Assembly: GCA_963783385.1 (NCBI GenBank)
Contig: CAWANJ010000003.1
Span: 160,001-224,000 of the forward strand
DNA: 64,000 nt
Origin: an uncultured Gemmatimonadales bacterium
GTDB taxonomy: Bacteria > Gemmatimonadota > Gemmatimonadetes > Palauibacterales > Palauibacteraceae
Reading direction: 5' to 3'
The notes under the pieces: generated by a model
Databases searched by the model: none
What the model was told of the DNA's origin: nothing
The model's input: the letters and a program-made list of their open reading frames with translations, nothing else
In this document: one piece after another, positions 17,657 through 27,342 of the stretch
How the letters are laid out: each line of letters begins with the position of its first letter
Numbering within the stretch: the stretch's first letter is position 1
Made by a program: the position numbers and the translations under genes

Positions 17657-18991
17657 TCATGGCGAGACGATGCCCGGAACCGCGGCCACGGCCGCTCCGC
17701 GCTGCGCGCGCCGCTCCTGCTCCCGGCCCAGTCGCACGCCGATGACGGCCCACACGGCGGCCAGCGGGGCGGCCACCAGCGCGATGGCACCCAGGGACAG
17801 GCCCAGCGCCTGGAGCCCGGCGAACGCCCAGCCGTTGGCCAGGTCCGCGCCGCGGTAGACGGCTGCATCCAGGAACGCCTTCGACTTGTACTTCTCCTCG
17901 CGGGGAACGACGGTGAACAGGACCTCGCGGGCCGGCTTGGTGATTCCGTAGCGGCCCGCGCGGTACGCCACCTGGAGCGCCACGAGCACGGCGAGCAGCG
18001 GGTAGGTCCCCAGCGCCACGAAGCCCACGGCGACGGCCACCGGCACCAGGGCCAGGCTCACTCCAATTCCCACCGCCTTGATGATACGCCCCGTCAGGTA
18101 GATCTGGAAGAGAATCGTGAGGAGGTTCACCGCCAGGTCGATCTTGGCGAAGAACGCCGTGCGCACGCCCCGGTCCGCGATCGCCCTGCCCACCAGGTTG
18201 GCCTGCAGGAAGTAGAGGACGGTGGAGGCGAAGCTCATGAGGACGATGAAGCCCGCGATCCCCAGCAGGTAGCGCGACCGGAAGATGACCCCGATGCCGC
18301 TGAGGGCCGTGCCGCCGAGCGGCTCCGAGGCGGCTCGGCGCCCGTCTTCGCCGCCGGCCCTCTGCCGCTCCGGCGCCTCGGAACCCCCTCCGAACCGCCG
18401 GTGCAGGACGAGCGCGAACCACGAGGCGGCCTCGAGCGGGACGCAGGCCAGCAGGAGCAGGGTGAAGCGCGGCACGATCTCGGCCAGGCCGGCCGTGAGC
18501 GCCGAGCCGGCGATCCCGCCCAGGGAGCTCCCCACCGCAATGAAGCCGAACAGCCGCCGGGCCTGCTCGTTCCGGAAGCAGTCGGCCATGAAGCCCCAGA
18601 ACACCGTGACCACGAACAGCGCGAACACGCTGGTCCACACGTAGAAGGCCCGGTCGATCCACGGGCGCGCCCCCAGGGGCAGGACGTACAGGGAGGCGAA
18701 GAACGCGACCAGGCAGCCGATGAAGAAGCGGTTGGCCAGCGGCACGAACACGCCGCGCTGGTAGCGCGACGCCACCCACGAGTACAGGGGCACGGCGATC
18801 AGCATCACCAGGAACACGGCCGTCCAAAGGAGCTGGAGATCGCCCCGGTTCGTGGTGCTGATCTCGTCGCGGACCGCTCGCAAGACATAGTAGGAAAAGA
18901 GGATGCAGAAGCCGTAGGCCGTGGCCCACAGCATCGCCCCGATCTCGTCGTCCCGAACGTCGACGAGCCTCTGCACGACGGCCTTCAGCAC
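17657..18991 (-). CDS. MFS transporter, NTT/TLC (ATP:ADP antiporter-like) family
   Basis: YYVLRAVRDE, FYVWTSVFALF..FWGFMAD.F..EQARRLFG and KPAREVLFTVV.REEKYKSKAFLD..VYRG.D. Confidence 0.88.
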   Translation of the reverse strand: MLKAVVQRLVDVRDDEIGAMLWATAYGFCILFSYYVLRAVRDEISTTNRGDLQLLWTAVFLVMLIAVPLYSWVASRYQRGVFVPLANRFFIGCLVAFFASLYVLPLGARPWIDRAFYVWTSVFALFVVTVFWGFMADCFRNEQARRLFGFIAVGSSLGGIAGSALTAGLAEIVPRFTLLLLACVPLEAASWFALVLHRRFGGGSEAPERQRAGGEDGRRAASEPLGGTALSGIGVIFRSRYLLGIAGFIVLMSFASTVLYFLQANLVGRAIADRGVRTAFFAKIDLAVNLLTILFQIYLTGRIIKAVGIGVSLALVPVAVAVGFVALGTYPLLAVLVALQVAYRAGRYGITKPAREVLFTVVPREEKYKSKAFLDAAVYRGADLANGWAFAGLQALGLSLGAIALVAAPLAAVWAVIGVRLGREQERRAQRGAAVAAVPGIVSP

Positions 18992-19116
18992 GCGGAACCG
19001 TCCCGGTCGGTGGTGTCGGGCCTCGGGGGCGCGGGGAGCGGGCGGCTACCCGCCGCCCCTCCGCCCGGCGCCGCCGATCTGACGGTGTGGCTCGCCCGCG
19101 CGGCGGACTCCCCGGA

Positions 19117-19614
19117 TCAGCTCCCCTCTCCGCCCCGCTCGCCCTGCTGACGGTCCAGGACGAGGAGTCCCGCGGCCGAGTCTCCGACGCGCTGGAGCTG
19201 CTCGACGAGCTGCGTGAAGGTCTTCTCTTCCTCGACCTGCTCGTTCACGAACCACTGCAGCATGACCTCGGCGGCGTGGTCGCCCTCGGAGCGAGCCAGG
19301 TCGTAGAGCTTGTCGATGTGCCCCGTCACCTTCTTCTCGTGCTCCAGGGCCGCCTTCATGGCCGCCAGGGGAGAGTCGTAGTCGGCCGGCGGCTTGTCGA
19401 GGCCGCCGAGCTCCACGCGCTGGTTCCGGTCCTCCAGGTGCCGGAGGATGCGGAAGGCGTGCGTGCGCTCCTCGGCCGTCTGGGCTCGCAGCCAGCCGGC
19501 GAAGCCGCTCAGGGCCTCGCGCTCGAACCAGAGCGACATGGCCAGGTAAATGTGCTCGGCCTGCAGCTCGCGGTCGACCTGTGCGTTGAGTGCCTTCCTC
19601 ACCTTCTCCTTCAT
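19117..19614 (-). CDS. ftnA: Non-heme ferritin
   Basis: LNAQVDRE, YLAMS, EERTHA, HEKKVT and LQWFVNEQVEEE ferroxidase motifs. Confidence 0.93.
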   Translation of the reverse strand: MKEKVRKALNAQVDRELQAEHIYLAMSLWFEREALSGFAGWLRAQTAEERTHAFRILRHLEDRNQRVELGGLDKPPADYDSPLAAMKAALEHEKKVTGHIDKLYDLARSEGDHAAEVMLQWFVNEQVEEEKTFTQLVEQLQRVGDSAAGLLVLDRQQGERGGEGS

Positions 19615-19713
19615 CGCGTCCTCCTCGGATGCGTCTTGATGCGGTCGGGAGTCGACCCTGTCGGATGCGGGTGGCCGGGCGGACCCGGCTCTCGGGCCCC
19701 GGAGGCCGACGAC

Positions 19714-21618
19714 TCAGTAGTCGACGGGACGCAGGTACCATTCCCCGATCGTCGTGTCGGACAACATGGCGACCGTGGGAAGGTGGCGCTTGTAGTGCGT
19801 GCTCTCGAGCCGGTGGCGGACCGTGCCGATCTTGCGCTCGTCGAATCCACACGCGGCGAGCCGCTCCGGCGAGCAGCCGCGCAGGAGGTGGTGGAGGATG
19901 AGGTCGGCCTCCGGATAGGAGACGCCCAGGTCCTCCTCGTCCGTCTGCCCGGTGACCAGCTCGGCGGTGGCCGGCTTCTCCACGATGGCCTCGGGGACGC
20001 CCATGGCCCGTGCCAGCGCCCACACCTGGGTCTTGAACAGGTCTCCGAGCGGGTTGATGGGGGGCGAATCGTCGGCGTGCCAGGTGAAGTAGCCGAGCAG
20101 GCGCTCGGACTTGTTGCCCGTGCCGACGGGGAGCGCGTCCAGGCGCGAGGCCTGGTCGAACAGGACGATCATGCGCTGGCGCGCCATGACGTTGCCCCGC
20201 CGGAGATCCCCGGCGTCGGGCTCGTACTCGCCCAGATACGCCTCCACCGCCCGCCCGATCGAGATCGTCCGCGTCTCGATGCCCAGCTGCTCGGCCACCA
20301 GGGTCGCGTCCTCGAGGCTCTCCTCGCTGGTCACGTCCGAGGGAAGGAGGTAGCCACGCACGGCCGCGGGACCCAGCGCCCGGGCGCACAGGGTGGCCGT
20401 CAGGGAGGAATCCACCCCTCCCGAGAGGCCCACCACGACGTGCTCGAAGCCCCGGCGCATCCGAACCTCCTGGTGGAGAAACTCGAGCAGCCACTCCTCG
20501 ACCAGGGCGGTGTCGATCTCGAGCGGTGAGAGATCGTCGGGAGAGGGCCGGGAGGGGGCGCTCCGGATCTCCGGCGTCTCCCGAGGTCCGCTGTCGTGGC
20601 GCGGCGCGCCCTCGTCCCGGATCCTGGCCTGCGTGGCCGGGTCGCTCGCGGGGAGGCTCGCGCCGAACGGTCGTGCCTCGCCTCCGGGCGCCCCCGCTTC
20701 ACGGCCCTCCTCCGGTCCGGCTCCCTCGCCCCGGCCGCGACCCGGCACGCCGGCCGATGCCTGCAGGATGCGCGGCAGCGCCGACTCGAGGTCGGAGAGC
20801 AGGGGGCTCTCGACCCGGGCCGGGAGGAGCTCGTCCAGGTCCAGGTCGGCGACCAGGAGCGCCTCCCGCCACAGGTCGGCGCGGACGATGGGGCGACCGC
20901 GCGGGCCGTACACGGCGGATCCGCCCGGAAAACCCTTGCCTCCCTCGAAGCCGACGAGCTGCGCCACGGCGACGAACAGCCCGTGCTCCTGGGCGATCCC
21001 GCGGGCAAGCCGGTCCCACGTCTCCAGGTTCCCGGGCATCCCGGGACCCTTGCGCGCGCCGCGCGCCGGGGAGGCGCTCAGGATGAAGATGGCCTGCGCC
21101 CCGTCCAGTGCGGTGAGCATCGGGGGGAGCGAGTGGAAGGCATCCTCGCAGATGAGGAGCCCGGCTCGACCCCAGGAAGTGTCGAAGGCCGCGAAGCTGG
21201 AGCCGGCCTCCACGAAGCGCTCCTCCTGGAACACTCCGTAGGTGGGAAGGAAGACCTTGCGGTGCACGTGCAGGATACGGGCGGCATCGCCGCCGAGATC
21301 TGCGTACAGGGCGGCGTTGTAGACTCGCTCCCGGTGGCGCTCGAAGAAGCCGATTCCCACCTCGATCGTCGGCCCGTCCCCGCCGGCCTCGCGCCACCGG
21401 AGGTCGAGCGCCTCGAACAGCTCCCCGGCCGCGAGGGCGTGCTCGCGCACGCCCCCCTCCATGAAGTACCCGGTGAGGACAGTCTCCGGGAACAGGAGGA
21501 CGCGCGGCCGTGGCTCGAGGTCGAGCACCCGGGCGAACACGCTCCCGATGCGGTCCAGCGTGGCTTCCGGCCGGGCCTTCTCGGGGCGGAGCTGACTGAT
21601 GGCGAGGCGAACGATCAT
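19714..21618 (-). CDS. nadE: Glutamine-dependent NAD+ synthetase (C-N hydrolase domain, long linker, synthetase domain)
   Basis: Glutaminase triad FPE / HRKVFLPTYG / ICED. Synthetase motifs GLSGGVDS, GNVMARQRM, TGNKSE..LGYFT and GQTDEEDLG. Confidence 0.93.
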   Translation of the reverse strand: MIVRLAISQLRPEKARPEATLDRIGSVFARVLDLEPRPRVLLFPETVLTGYFMEGGVREHALAAGELFEALDLRWREAGGDGPTIEVGIGFFERHRERVYNAALYADLGGDAARILHVHRKVFLPTYGVFQEERFVEAGSSFAAFDTSWGRAGLLICEDAFHSLPPMLTALDGAQAIFILSASPARGARKGPGMPGNLETWDRLARGIAQEHGLFVAVAQLVGFEGGKGFPGGSAVYGPRGRPIVRADLWREALLVADLDLDELLPARVESPLLSDLESALPRILQASAGVPGRGRGEGAGPEEGREAGAPGGEARPFGASLPASDPATQARIRDEGAPRHDSGPRETPEIRSAPSRPSPDDLSPLEIDTALVEEWLLEFLHQEVRMRRGFEHVVVGLSGGVDSSLTATLCARALGPAAVRGYLLPSDVTSEESLEDATLVAEQLGIETRTISIGRAVEAYLGEYEPDAGDLRRGNVMARQRMIVLFDQASRLDALPVGTGNKSERLLGYFTWHADDSPPINPLGDLFKTQVWALARAMGVPEAIVEKPATAELVTGQTDEEDLGVSYPEADLILHHLLRGCSPERLAACGFDERKIGTVRHRLESTHYKRHLPTVAMLSDTTIGEWYLRPVDY

Positions 21619-21707
21619 GGTGGCACCAACGTCCGTAAGCCCGGCCCCCCTGTCAACGTCCACAGGTTGCCCCTCGACGCGTGAGCCGCTATCGATCGAG
21701 GCAGACC

Positions 21708-22397
21708 GTGACCAGCCCGATCCCGCGCGTGTACGCGCTCGTCCTCTTGACCGGCCTTCCCCTCCTCGCGGTGCGGGAAGCGTCGCTGGCCCGTGGACTC
21801 GGCGAGCTGCGGCGCGGCGCCGTGTACCTCTCGGCGATCGTGTCGTCGGTTCTGCTGGCCGGTATCACGGTCGCGGTGGCGGCGTGGCAGGATCTGGCCC
21901 CGGCGGGCCTCGGCTGGCGGGTCGGGGCGCCCATGCACCTGGCCGCGTGGGCGGGCGGCGCGGCGGCGGCGGGTCTGGGCCTGGTGGCCGTGCTCACGTG
22001 GGTGTTCGCGCGAGCGGGTGGTGAGGAGAGCCCCGTGCTGCTGGGGCTGATGCCCCGCACGGCCTCCGAGACGGGGACCTTCGTGCTCCTCTCGGTTGTG
22101 GCGGCCGTGTGCGAGGAGTACGTGTTTCGGGGCTTCGCCCTCGGGGTGCTGGCGGCCTGGACCGGCTCGGCGTGGGCGGGGGCCGGCGTGGTGGCGGTCT
22201 CCTTCGGCCTCTCCCACGGGTACCAGCGTATGGGTGGTGTGCTGCGGGCGGCCGGTCTCGGCATGCTGCTGGCCGTGCCCGTCGTGATCACCGGGAGCCT
22301 GTTCCCGGCGATCGTAGCGCACTTCTGGATCAACGCGGTGCTGGGTCTGGGCGGGTGGCGCTGGCTGCTGGACGAGCCCGGGGAAGCCGCGGGCTGA
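21708..22397 (+). CDS. CPBP (CAAX protease/Abi) family intramembrane metalloprotease
   Basis: EEYVFRG, FGLSHGYQ and AHFWIN motifs with multiple TMs. Start uncertain (GTG 21681 or 21708). Confidence 0.88.
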   Translation: MTSPIPRVYALVLLTGLPLLAVREASLARGLGELRRGAVYLSAIVSSVLLAGITVAVAAWQDLAPAGLGWRVGAPMHLAAWAGGAAAAGLGLVAVLTWVFARAGGEESPVLLGLMPRTASETGTFVLLSVVAAVCEEYVFRGFALGVLAAWTGSAWAGAGVVAVSFGLSHGYQRMGGVLRAAGLGMLLAVPVVITGSLFPAIVAHFWINAVLGLGGWRWLLDEPGEAAG

Positions 22398-22461
22398 GAC
22401 GTTTCCGACGCGTCGATCGTCGTACGCGTCGGGCGAAGAGCGGACACGAGGAGGGGACGTC

Positions 22462-23640
22462 ATGCGAGGATGCGCTCGGGCGCGGGGACGGAGATCGGCG
22501 GGCCGGCGGCTTGGCGTGGTCGCGGGGTTCGCGCTGCTGGCCCTGACGGCCGGCCCGCGGACGGGTGCGGCACAGCAGGCGAGTGACGGGACGTCGCCGA
22601 CCATCAAGTTCGGCGGCCTGCTGCAGACGGGACTTCTGCTCGGTCCCGGGGACGTGGGGCAGCAGGACGGCTTCCGGGTGTTCGACGCCCGCCTGCGGGC
22701 CGATGGGAAGATCGGCATCGTGTTCGATTACGACGTCCAGGCGGCCTTCGACCGGTCGCAGGACCGTGTGCGGCTGCTGGACGCCCGCCTCACCCTCCCC
22801 ATCAAGCCCGAGCTGGCGGTGAGCCTGGGCCAGTTCAAGGCGCCGTTCGGCGGCGAGGAGCTCCAGGACAAGGGCGACATCACCTTCCTGGAGCGATCCC
22901 AGATCACCAATCTCCTGGCGCCGGGACGCCAGGTGGGGGCCCAGGCGTCGGGGTCCTTCCTGGAGGACCGTCTCACCTACCGGGCCGGGATGTTCAACGG
23001 GAACGGGCGGTCCCTGCAGAACGACAACGGTTCCTTCCTGTACGCGGCGCACGTGCAATTCAACAACGTCGGGCCGGTCGAGTTCTACGAGGACCTCATG
23101 GTGCAGGTGGGAGCCAGCTTCGCCTTCTCGCGCGACAGCGCCGTGGACCTCACCAACGGGGGCGCGTACGTGGGCCGCCCGATCGGTCTCAGGACCTTCG
23201 CCGGCGACCGGACCCTGTGGAGCGTGGACCTGAGGTCCAGCTACCGAGGATTCTTCCTGCGCGGCGAGTACGTGCGCGGCAAGCTGGACCCTCCCGGGGA
23301 GCCGGTATGCGTCAGCGCTCCCTGTCCGACCAATGCGGCCGACGTGGATGGAGGGTACCTGGAGGGAGGCTACAGCTACCTGGGCGCGATCGAGAGCGTG
23401 CTGCGGTTCGACTCGATGACCCGCGGCTTCGTGGTCGCTTCCGGGACCGGACCGGCCGGCTTCACGCCCGAGGGGGGGAGCTTCCTGGTGGTGGGCCTCA
23501 ACCTGCTACCGGGTTACCACACCAAGATCGGGCTGCAGTATGCGTTCGGGCTCGGATCGGCCCGGCTCGGGCCACCGAGCACCGGGGGCGTGGGGCTGGC
23601 GGACGGGCAGTTCGGGCTCGTAACGCAGGTGAGCTTCTAG
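22462..23640 (+). CDS. Phosphate-selective porin OprO/OprP-like outer membrane protein
   Basis: Signal peptide, LLDA, GQFKAPFG.E, FLERS, GRQVG, Y.AGMFNG and C-terminal Phe. Lies next to the pst operon. Confidence 0.8.
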   Translation: MRGCARARGRRSAGRRLGVVAGFALLALTAGPRTGAAQQASDGTSPTIKFGGLLQTGLLLGPGDVGQQDGFRVFDARLRADGKIGIVFDYDVQAAFDRSQDRVRLLDARLTLPIKPELAVSLGQFKAPFGGEELQDKGDITFLERSQITNLLAPGRQVGAQASGSFLEDRLTYRAGMFNGNGRSLQNDNGSFLYAAHVQFNNVGPVEFYEDLMVQVGASFAFSRDSAVDLTNGGAYVGRPIGLRTFAGDRTLWSVDLRSSYRGFFLRGEYVRGKLDPPGEPVCVSAPCPTNAADVDGGYLEGGYSYLGAIESVLRFDSMTRGFVVASGTGPAGFTPEGGSFLVVGLNLLPGYHTKIGLQYAFGLGSARLGPPSTGGVGLADGQFGLVTQVSF

Positions 23641-23651
23641 GAAGCCGGGGC

Positions 23652-24329
23652 CTACGAGCCCGCCGTCTCGCGCAGGCCCCGCGCGTGCCGGATGGTCTGG
23701 CCGCGAACCATGTAGATCACGTCCTCGGCCACGTTGGTGGCCAGATCCGCGATCCGCTCCAGGTTGCGGCCGATGAGGATGACCTGCAGGCAGGCGGAGA
23801 TCTCCTCCTCGAGCATGTGGGTCAGCATCACGCGGAACAGCGACTCCTGCAGGGCGTCCACGTGATCGTCGCGGCGCAGCACTTCTTCGGCCCGGGCGGC
23901 GTCGGCCCGAAGGAACGCATCGAGGGCATCTCGGAGCATCGCCCGCGCCATCCGGCTCATCTCGGTCAGCTCCGGGGGTATGGACGGATAGTGGCGGCCG
24001 TCGCGCAGCCGGCCCACCGCCTGCGCGATGTTGACCGCGTGATCCCCGATCCGCTCGAGGTCGTTGTTGATCTTGAGGATCGTCACGATGACCCGGAGAT
24101 CGGAAGCCATCGGCTGGTGCAGCGCCAGCAGCTCGATGGCCGTCTCCTCGATCGTGACCTCGGTCTCATCGATGCCCCGGTCCGCCTCGATGATGGCCTT
24201 CGGGTCGTGATCGCTGCGTCGCCCGGCCAGCTCGGTCGCATCGGCCACGAGGTTCTCCACCTCGTGCGACATGGCCAGCAACTTCTGCTTCAGGGCCTCG
24301 AGCTTGCCTTCGAAATGGGTCTGGACCAT
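23652..24329 (-). CDS. phoU: Phosphate signaling complex protein PhoU
   Basis: QPMASDLR, NDLERIGDHAVNIA and RNLERIADLATNVAEDVIY. Confidence 0.96.
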   Translation of the reverse strand: MVQTHFEGKLEALKQKLLAMSHEVENLVADATELAGRRSDHDPKAIIEADRGIDETEVTIEETAIELLALHQPMASDLRVIVTILKINNDLERIGDHAVNIAQAVGRLRDGRHYPSIPPELTEMSRMARAMLRDALDAFLRADAARAEEVLRRDDHVDALQESLFRVMLTHMLEEEISACLQVILIGRNLERIADLATNVAEDVIYMVRGQTIRHARGLRETAGS

Positions 24330-24348
24330 GGAGCTCCCCGGGGGATGA

Positions 24349-25374
24349 TCAGCCGAACCGACCGGTGATGTAGTCCTCGGTCTGCTTCTCGCTGGGATTC
24401 GTGAAGATACGCTCGGTAGGGCCGAATTCCACGACATAGCCCTTGTAGAAGAAGGCCGTGAAGTCCGAAATCCGGGCGGCCTGCTGCATGTTGTGGGTCA
24501 CGATCACGATCGTGTACTGGTCCTTCAGCGTGTCGATGAGCTCCTCGAGCTTGGCCGTGGCCACGGGATCCACCGCCGACGTGGGCTCGTCCATGAGCAG
24601 CACCTCGGGCTCGACCGCGATCGCCCGCGCGATGCACAGCCGCTGCTGCTGACCACCGGAGAGGGCCGTGCCGGGCTCGTCGAGCTGGTCCTTGACCTCG
24701 TCCCACAGCGCGGCGTCGCGCAGGGCGCTCTCGACCCGTTCCTCGAGCTGGGATCGCGAGATCCTGTAGTGCAGACGGAGACCGTAGGCCACGTTGTCGA
24801 ATACCGACATCGGGAACGGCGTCGGACGCTGGAAGATCATCCCGACCCGGCGGCGCAGGTCGATGAGGTCCATCTCCGGGTCCAGGAGGTTCTCCCCGTC
24901 CAGCAGCACCGTCCCGGAGGCACGCTGGTCCCGGTAGAGCTCGAACATCCGGTTGTAGACCCGGATGTGGGTGGACTTGCCGCAGCCCGAGGGTCCGATG
25001 ATCGCCGTGACCCGGCGCTCGGCGACCTCCAGGTCGTTCCCGAACAGCACCTGCCGGTCCCCGTACCAGAAGTCCAGGCCACGGACCAGGATCTTGGCCT
25101 GTGTCTCCAGCGTCAATGTGTCGGCCGCCGCGTCCGGGGCCCGGTCCCGGACCTCGGGCACGGGCGGTGCCGGGGGCGCGGTCCGCGCGTCGCTCGGCGC
25201 TTCTCCGGCGGCCACCGGATCCGGGTCCTCCCGTCGATCCTCGGCCGGGACCTCCTGCATGCGGGCCTCCTCGGACTCCTGGGCGGCGGACCGTCTGCCG
25301 TTGGATCCCGGACGGGCCGATGCCTCCTCGCGGGTCCCTGGCGAGGAGGGTGCCATCCTCCGGGGTTCGCTCAT
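24349..25374 (-). CDS. pstB: Phosphate ABC transporter ATP-binding protein, with a low-complexity N-terminal extension
   Basis: [36 protein letters not shown] and DYITGRFG. Confidence 0.96.
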   Translation of the reverse strand: MSEPRRMAPSSPGTREEASARPGSNGRRSAAQESEEARMQEVPAEDRREDPDPVAAGEAPSDARTAPPAPPVPEVRDRAPDAAADTLTLETQAKILVRGLDFWYGDRQVLFGNDLEVAERRVTAIIGPSGCGKSTHIRVYNRMFELYRDQRASGTVLLDGENLLDPEMDLIDLRRRVGMIFQRPTPFPMSVFDNVAYGLRLHYRISRSQLEERVESALRDAALWDEVKDQLDEPGTALSGGQQQRLCIARAIAVEPEVLLMDEPTSAVDPVATAKLEELIDTLKDQYTIVIVTHNMQQAARISDFTAFFYKGYVVEFGPTERIFTNPSEKQTEDYITGRFG

Positions 25375-26270
25375 GTCTCGACCTCGCCCACCCGCCAGCG
25401 CGTGAAGACCGTCACCACGAGCACCAGGAGGGTGATCAGCAGGGACGCCCCCCACGCCAGGCGCTGCCAGTCAGAGTACGGGGACATCGCGTAGTTGAAA
25501 ATGGTCACCGTGAGGTTGGCGGTCGGCTCGGCGAAGTCCTTCGGCCAGTAGGGGCTGTTCAGCGCCGTGAACAGGAGGGGCGCGGTCTCTCCGCTCACCC
25601 GGGCTACCGACAGGAGGATCCCCGTGGCCAGCCCCGAACGCGCCGCGCGGAACACCACGCCCAGCGTAGTCTTCCAGCGAGGCGCTCCCAGGGCGAGCGA
25701 GGATTCCCGCATCGCGTCCGGCACGAGGCCGAGCATGTCCTCCGTCGTGCGCGCCACATAGGGGAAGATGAGGATGGCGAGGGACACGCCCCCGGCCAGG
25801 CCCGAGAAGTGGCCCATCGTCACGACCATGAGCGTGTACACGAACAGGCCGGAGAGGATAGAGGGAATGCCCAGCATCACGTTGATCGTGAAGCGGACGA
25901 AGGAGCCGAAGCGGGTGCCCCGACCGAACTCCGACTGGTAGATACCGGTGAACAGGCCCAGCGGAACGCCAATGAGCGCCGCCATGACGGTCATGGCGGC
26001 CGTGCCCAGAATCGCGTTGGCCAGCCCTCCTCCCTCTCCGCCCGGGGGAGACGGGAGGCTGGTGAAGAAGGTCCAGTCCAGCGCCGCCGCGCCCCGCTTG
26101 GCCACCACGGCCAGGATCCAGAACAGGAACACCAGGGCGAACAGGGCCGCGGCGGTCGAGGCGATCCGGACCATCGTGTCGAACGCCCGCCTCCTCGCCC
26201 GCGAGCGTAGCGGGAAGGGAGGGGTCGAGCGGCCCGTCGTCTCCATCGTGTCGTAGGTCGTGTCCATCAT
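25371..26270 (-). CDS. pstA: Phosphate ABC transporter permease PstA
   Basis: [21 protein letters not shown] and [13 protein letters not shown]. Confidence 0.94.
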   Translation of the reverse strand: MMDTTYDTMETTGRSTPPFPLRSRARRRAFDTMVRIASTAAALFALVFLFWILAVVAKRGAAALDWTFFTSLPSPPGGEGGGLANAILGTAAMTVMAALIGVPLGLFTGIYQSEFGRGTRFGSFVRFTINVMLGIPSILSGLFVYTLMVVTMGHFSGLAGGVSLAILIFPYVARTTEDMLGLVPDAMRESSLALGAPRWKTTLGVVFRAARSGLATGILLSVARVSGETAPLLFTALNSPYWPKDFAEPTANLTVTIFNYAMSPYSDWQRLAWGASLLITLLVLVVTVFTRWRVGEVET

Positions 26271-27211
26271 GCGGTCCGTCCACTGGCGCGGCCCAGGCGG
26301 TTGAGCCACAGGTGGGCCGCGATCTGGATCAGGAAGGTCATGACCAGGAGGATGAGGCCGAGCTCGATGAGCGAGCTGCGGTACAGCGGCTCGGAAGCCT
26401 CGGTGAACTCGTTCGCCAGCGTGGAAGCTATGCTGTTCCCGGCGGCGAACAGGGAAGCCGAGAGCTGGTGGTTGTTCCCGATCACGAAGGTGACGGCCAT
26501 CGTCTCGCCGATCGCGCGGCCGAGCCCCAGGAACACGCCGCCCGCCAGCCCGCGGACGCCATACGGTATCGTCACCCTGCGGACGACCTCCCACGTCGTA
26601 GCCCCCATCCCGTAGGCGGCCTCCTCCAGGACGGGGGGCGTCATCGTGAACACGTCCCGCATCACCGCGGTGATGAACGGGATGACCATCAGGGCCAGGA
26701 TGACGCCCGAGGTGAGGATCCCGATGCCCATGGTGGGGCCTTTGAACAGGGGCAGGAAGCCCAGGACGCTCTGGAGGAAGGGCTGCACGTGATCGGCCAT
26801 GTACGGGGCGAACACGAACAGGCCCCACATGCCGAAGATGATGCTCGGGATGGCGGCCAGGAGCTCCACGCCCTGTCTCACCCACTTGGCCAGGCCCGGC
26901 GGAGCCAGCTTCACCAGGAAGAGGGCCGTCGCCAGGCTGAGCGGTACGGCGATGAGCAGGGCGAGGAGCGTCGACAACAGCGTGCCGTAGATGCTGCTCA
27001 GCGCTCCGAACGTCCTGGTGACGGGGTTCCACGTGGACGTCGTGAGGAAGCCGAAGCCGAAGGCCCGGATCGACGGCCAGGCGTTCCGGGCCAGCTCGAC
27101 GAAGAAAGCGGCCATCAGGAGGCAGATGAGGGCGGCGCACGTCACGGCGGCGGCGCGGAACAGGGCGTCGGGCCAGCCCTTGGAGCCGGGGCGGCCGGGT
27201 CGGAGGCTCAC
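26267..27211 (-). CDS. pstC: Phosphate ABC transporter permease PstC
   Basis: ELLAAIPSIIFGMWG, GLGRAIGETMAV and LANEFTEA. Confidence 0.95.
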   Translation of the reverse strand: MSLRPGRPGSKGWPDALFRAAAVTCAALICLLMAAFFVELARNAWPSIRAFGFGFLTTSTWNPVTRTFGALSSIYGTLLSTLLALLIAVPLSLATALFLVKLAPPGLAKWVRQGVELLAAIPSIIFGMWGLFVFAPYMADHVQPFLQSVLGFLPLFKGPTMGIGILTSGVILALMVIPFITAVMRDVFTMTPPVLEEAAYGMGATTWEVVRRVTIPYGVRGLAGGVFLGLGRAIGETMAVTFVIGNNHQLSASLFAAGNSIASTLANEFTEASEPLYRSSLIELGLILLVMTFLIQIAAHLWLNRLGRASGRTA

Positions 27212-27342
27212 GGTCTCACGCGGTCAGAGTGTCGAGGAGCGCCCCGGGAAATCCGGCAGGCCCCGCGGCTCGGGCGAGCCGCCCGCGCCGCGGGGCCCGT
27301 GGGCACCGATGTCGGTGTCGGGCGTCCCGTCGTCGCCCGGCT

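Noticed and set aside
11795-19000. Prophage or integrative element at tRNA-Glu
   Set aside because: No integrase, transposase, phage genes or att duplication visible.
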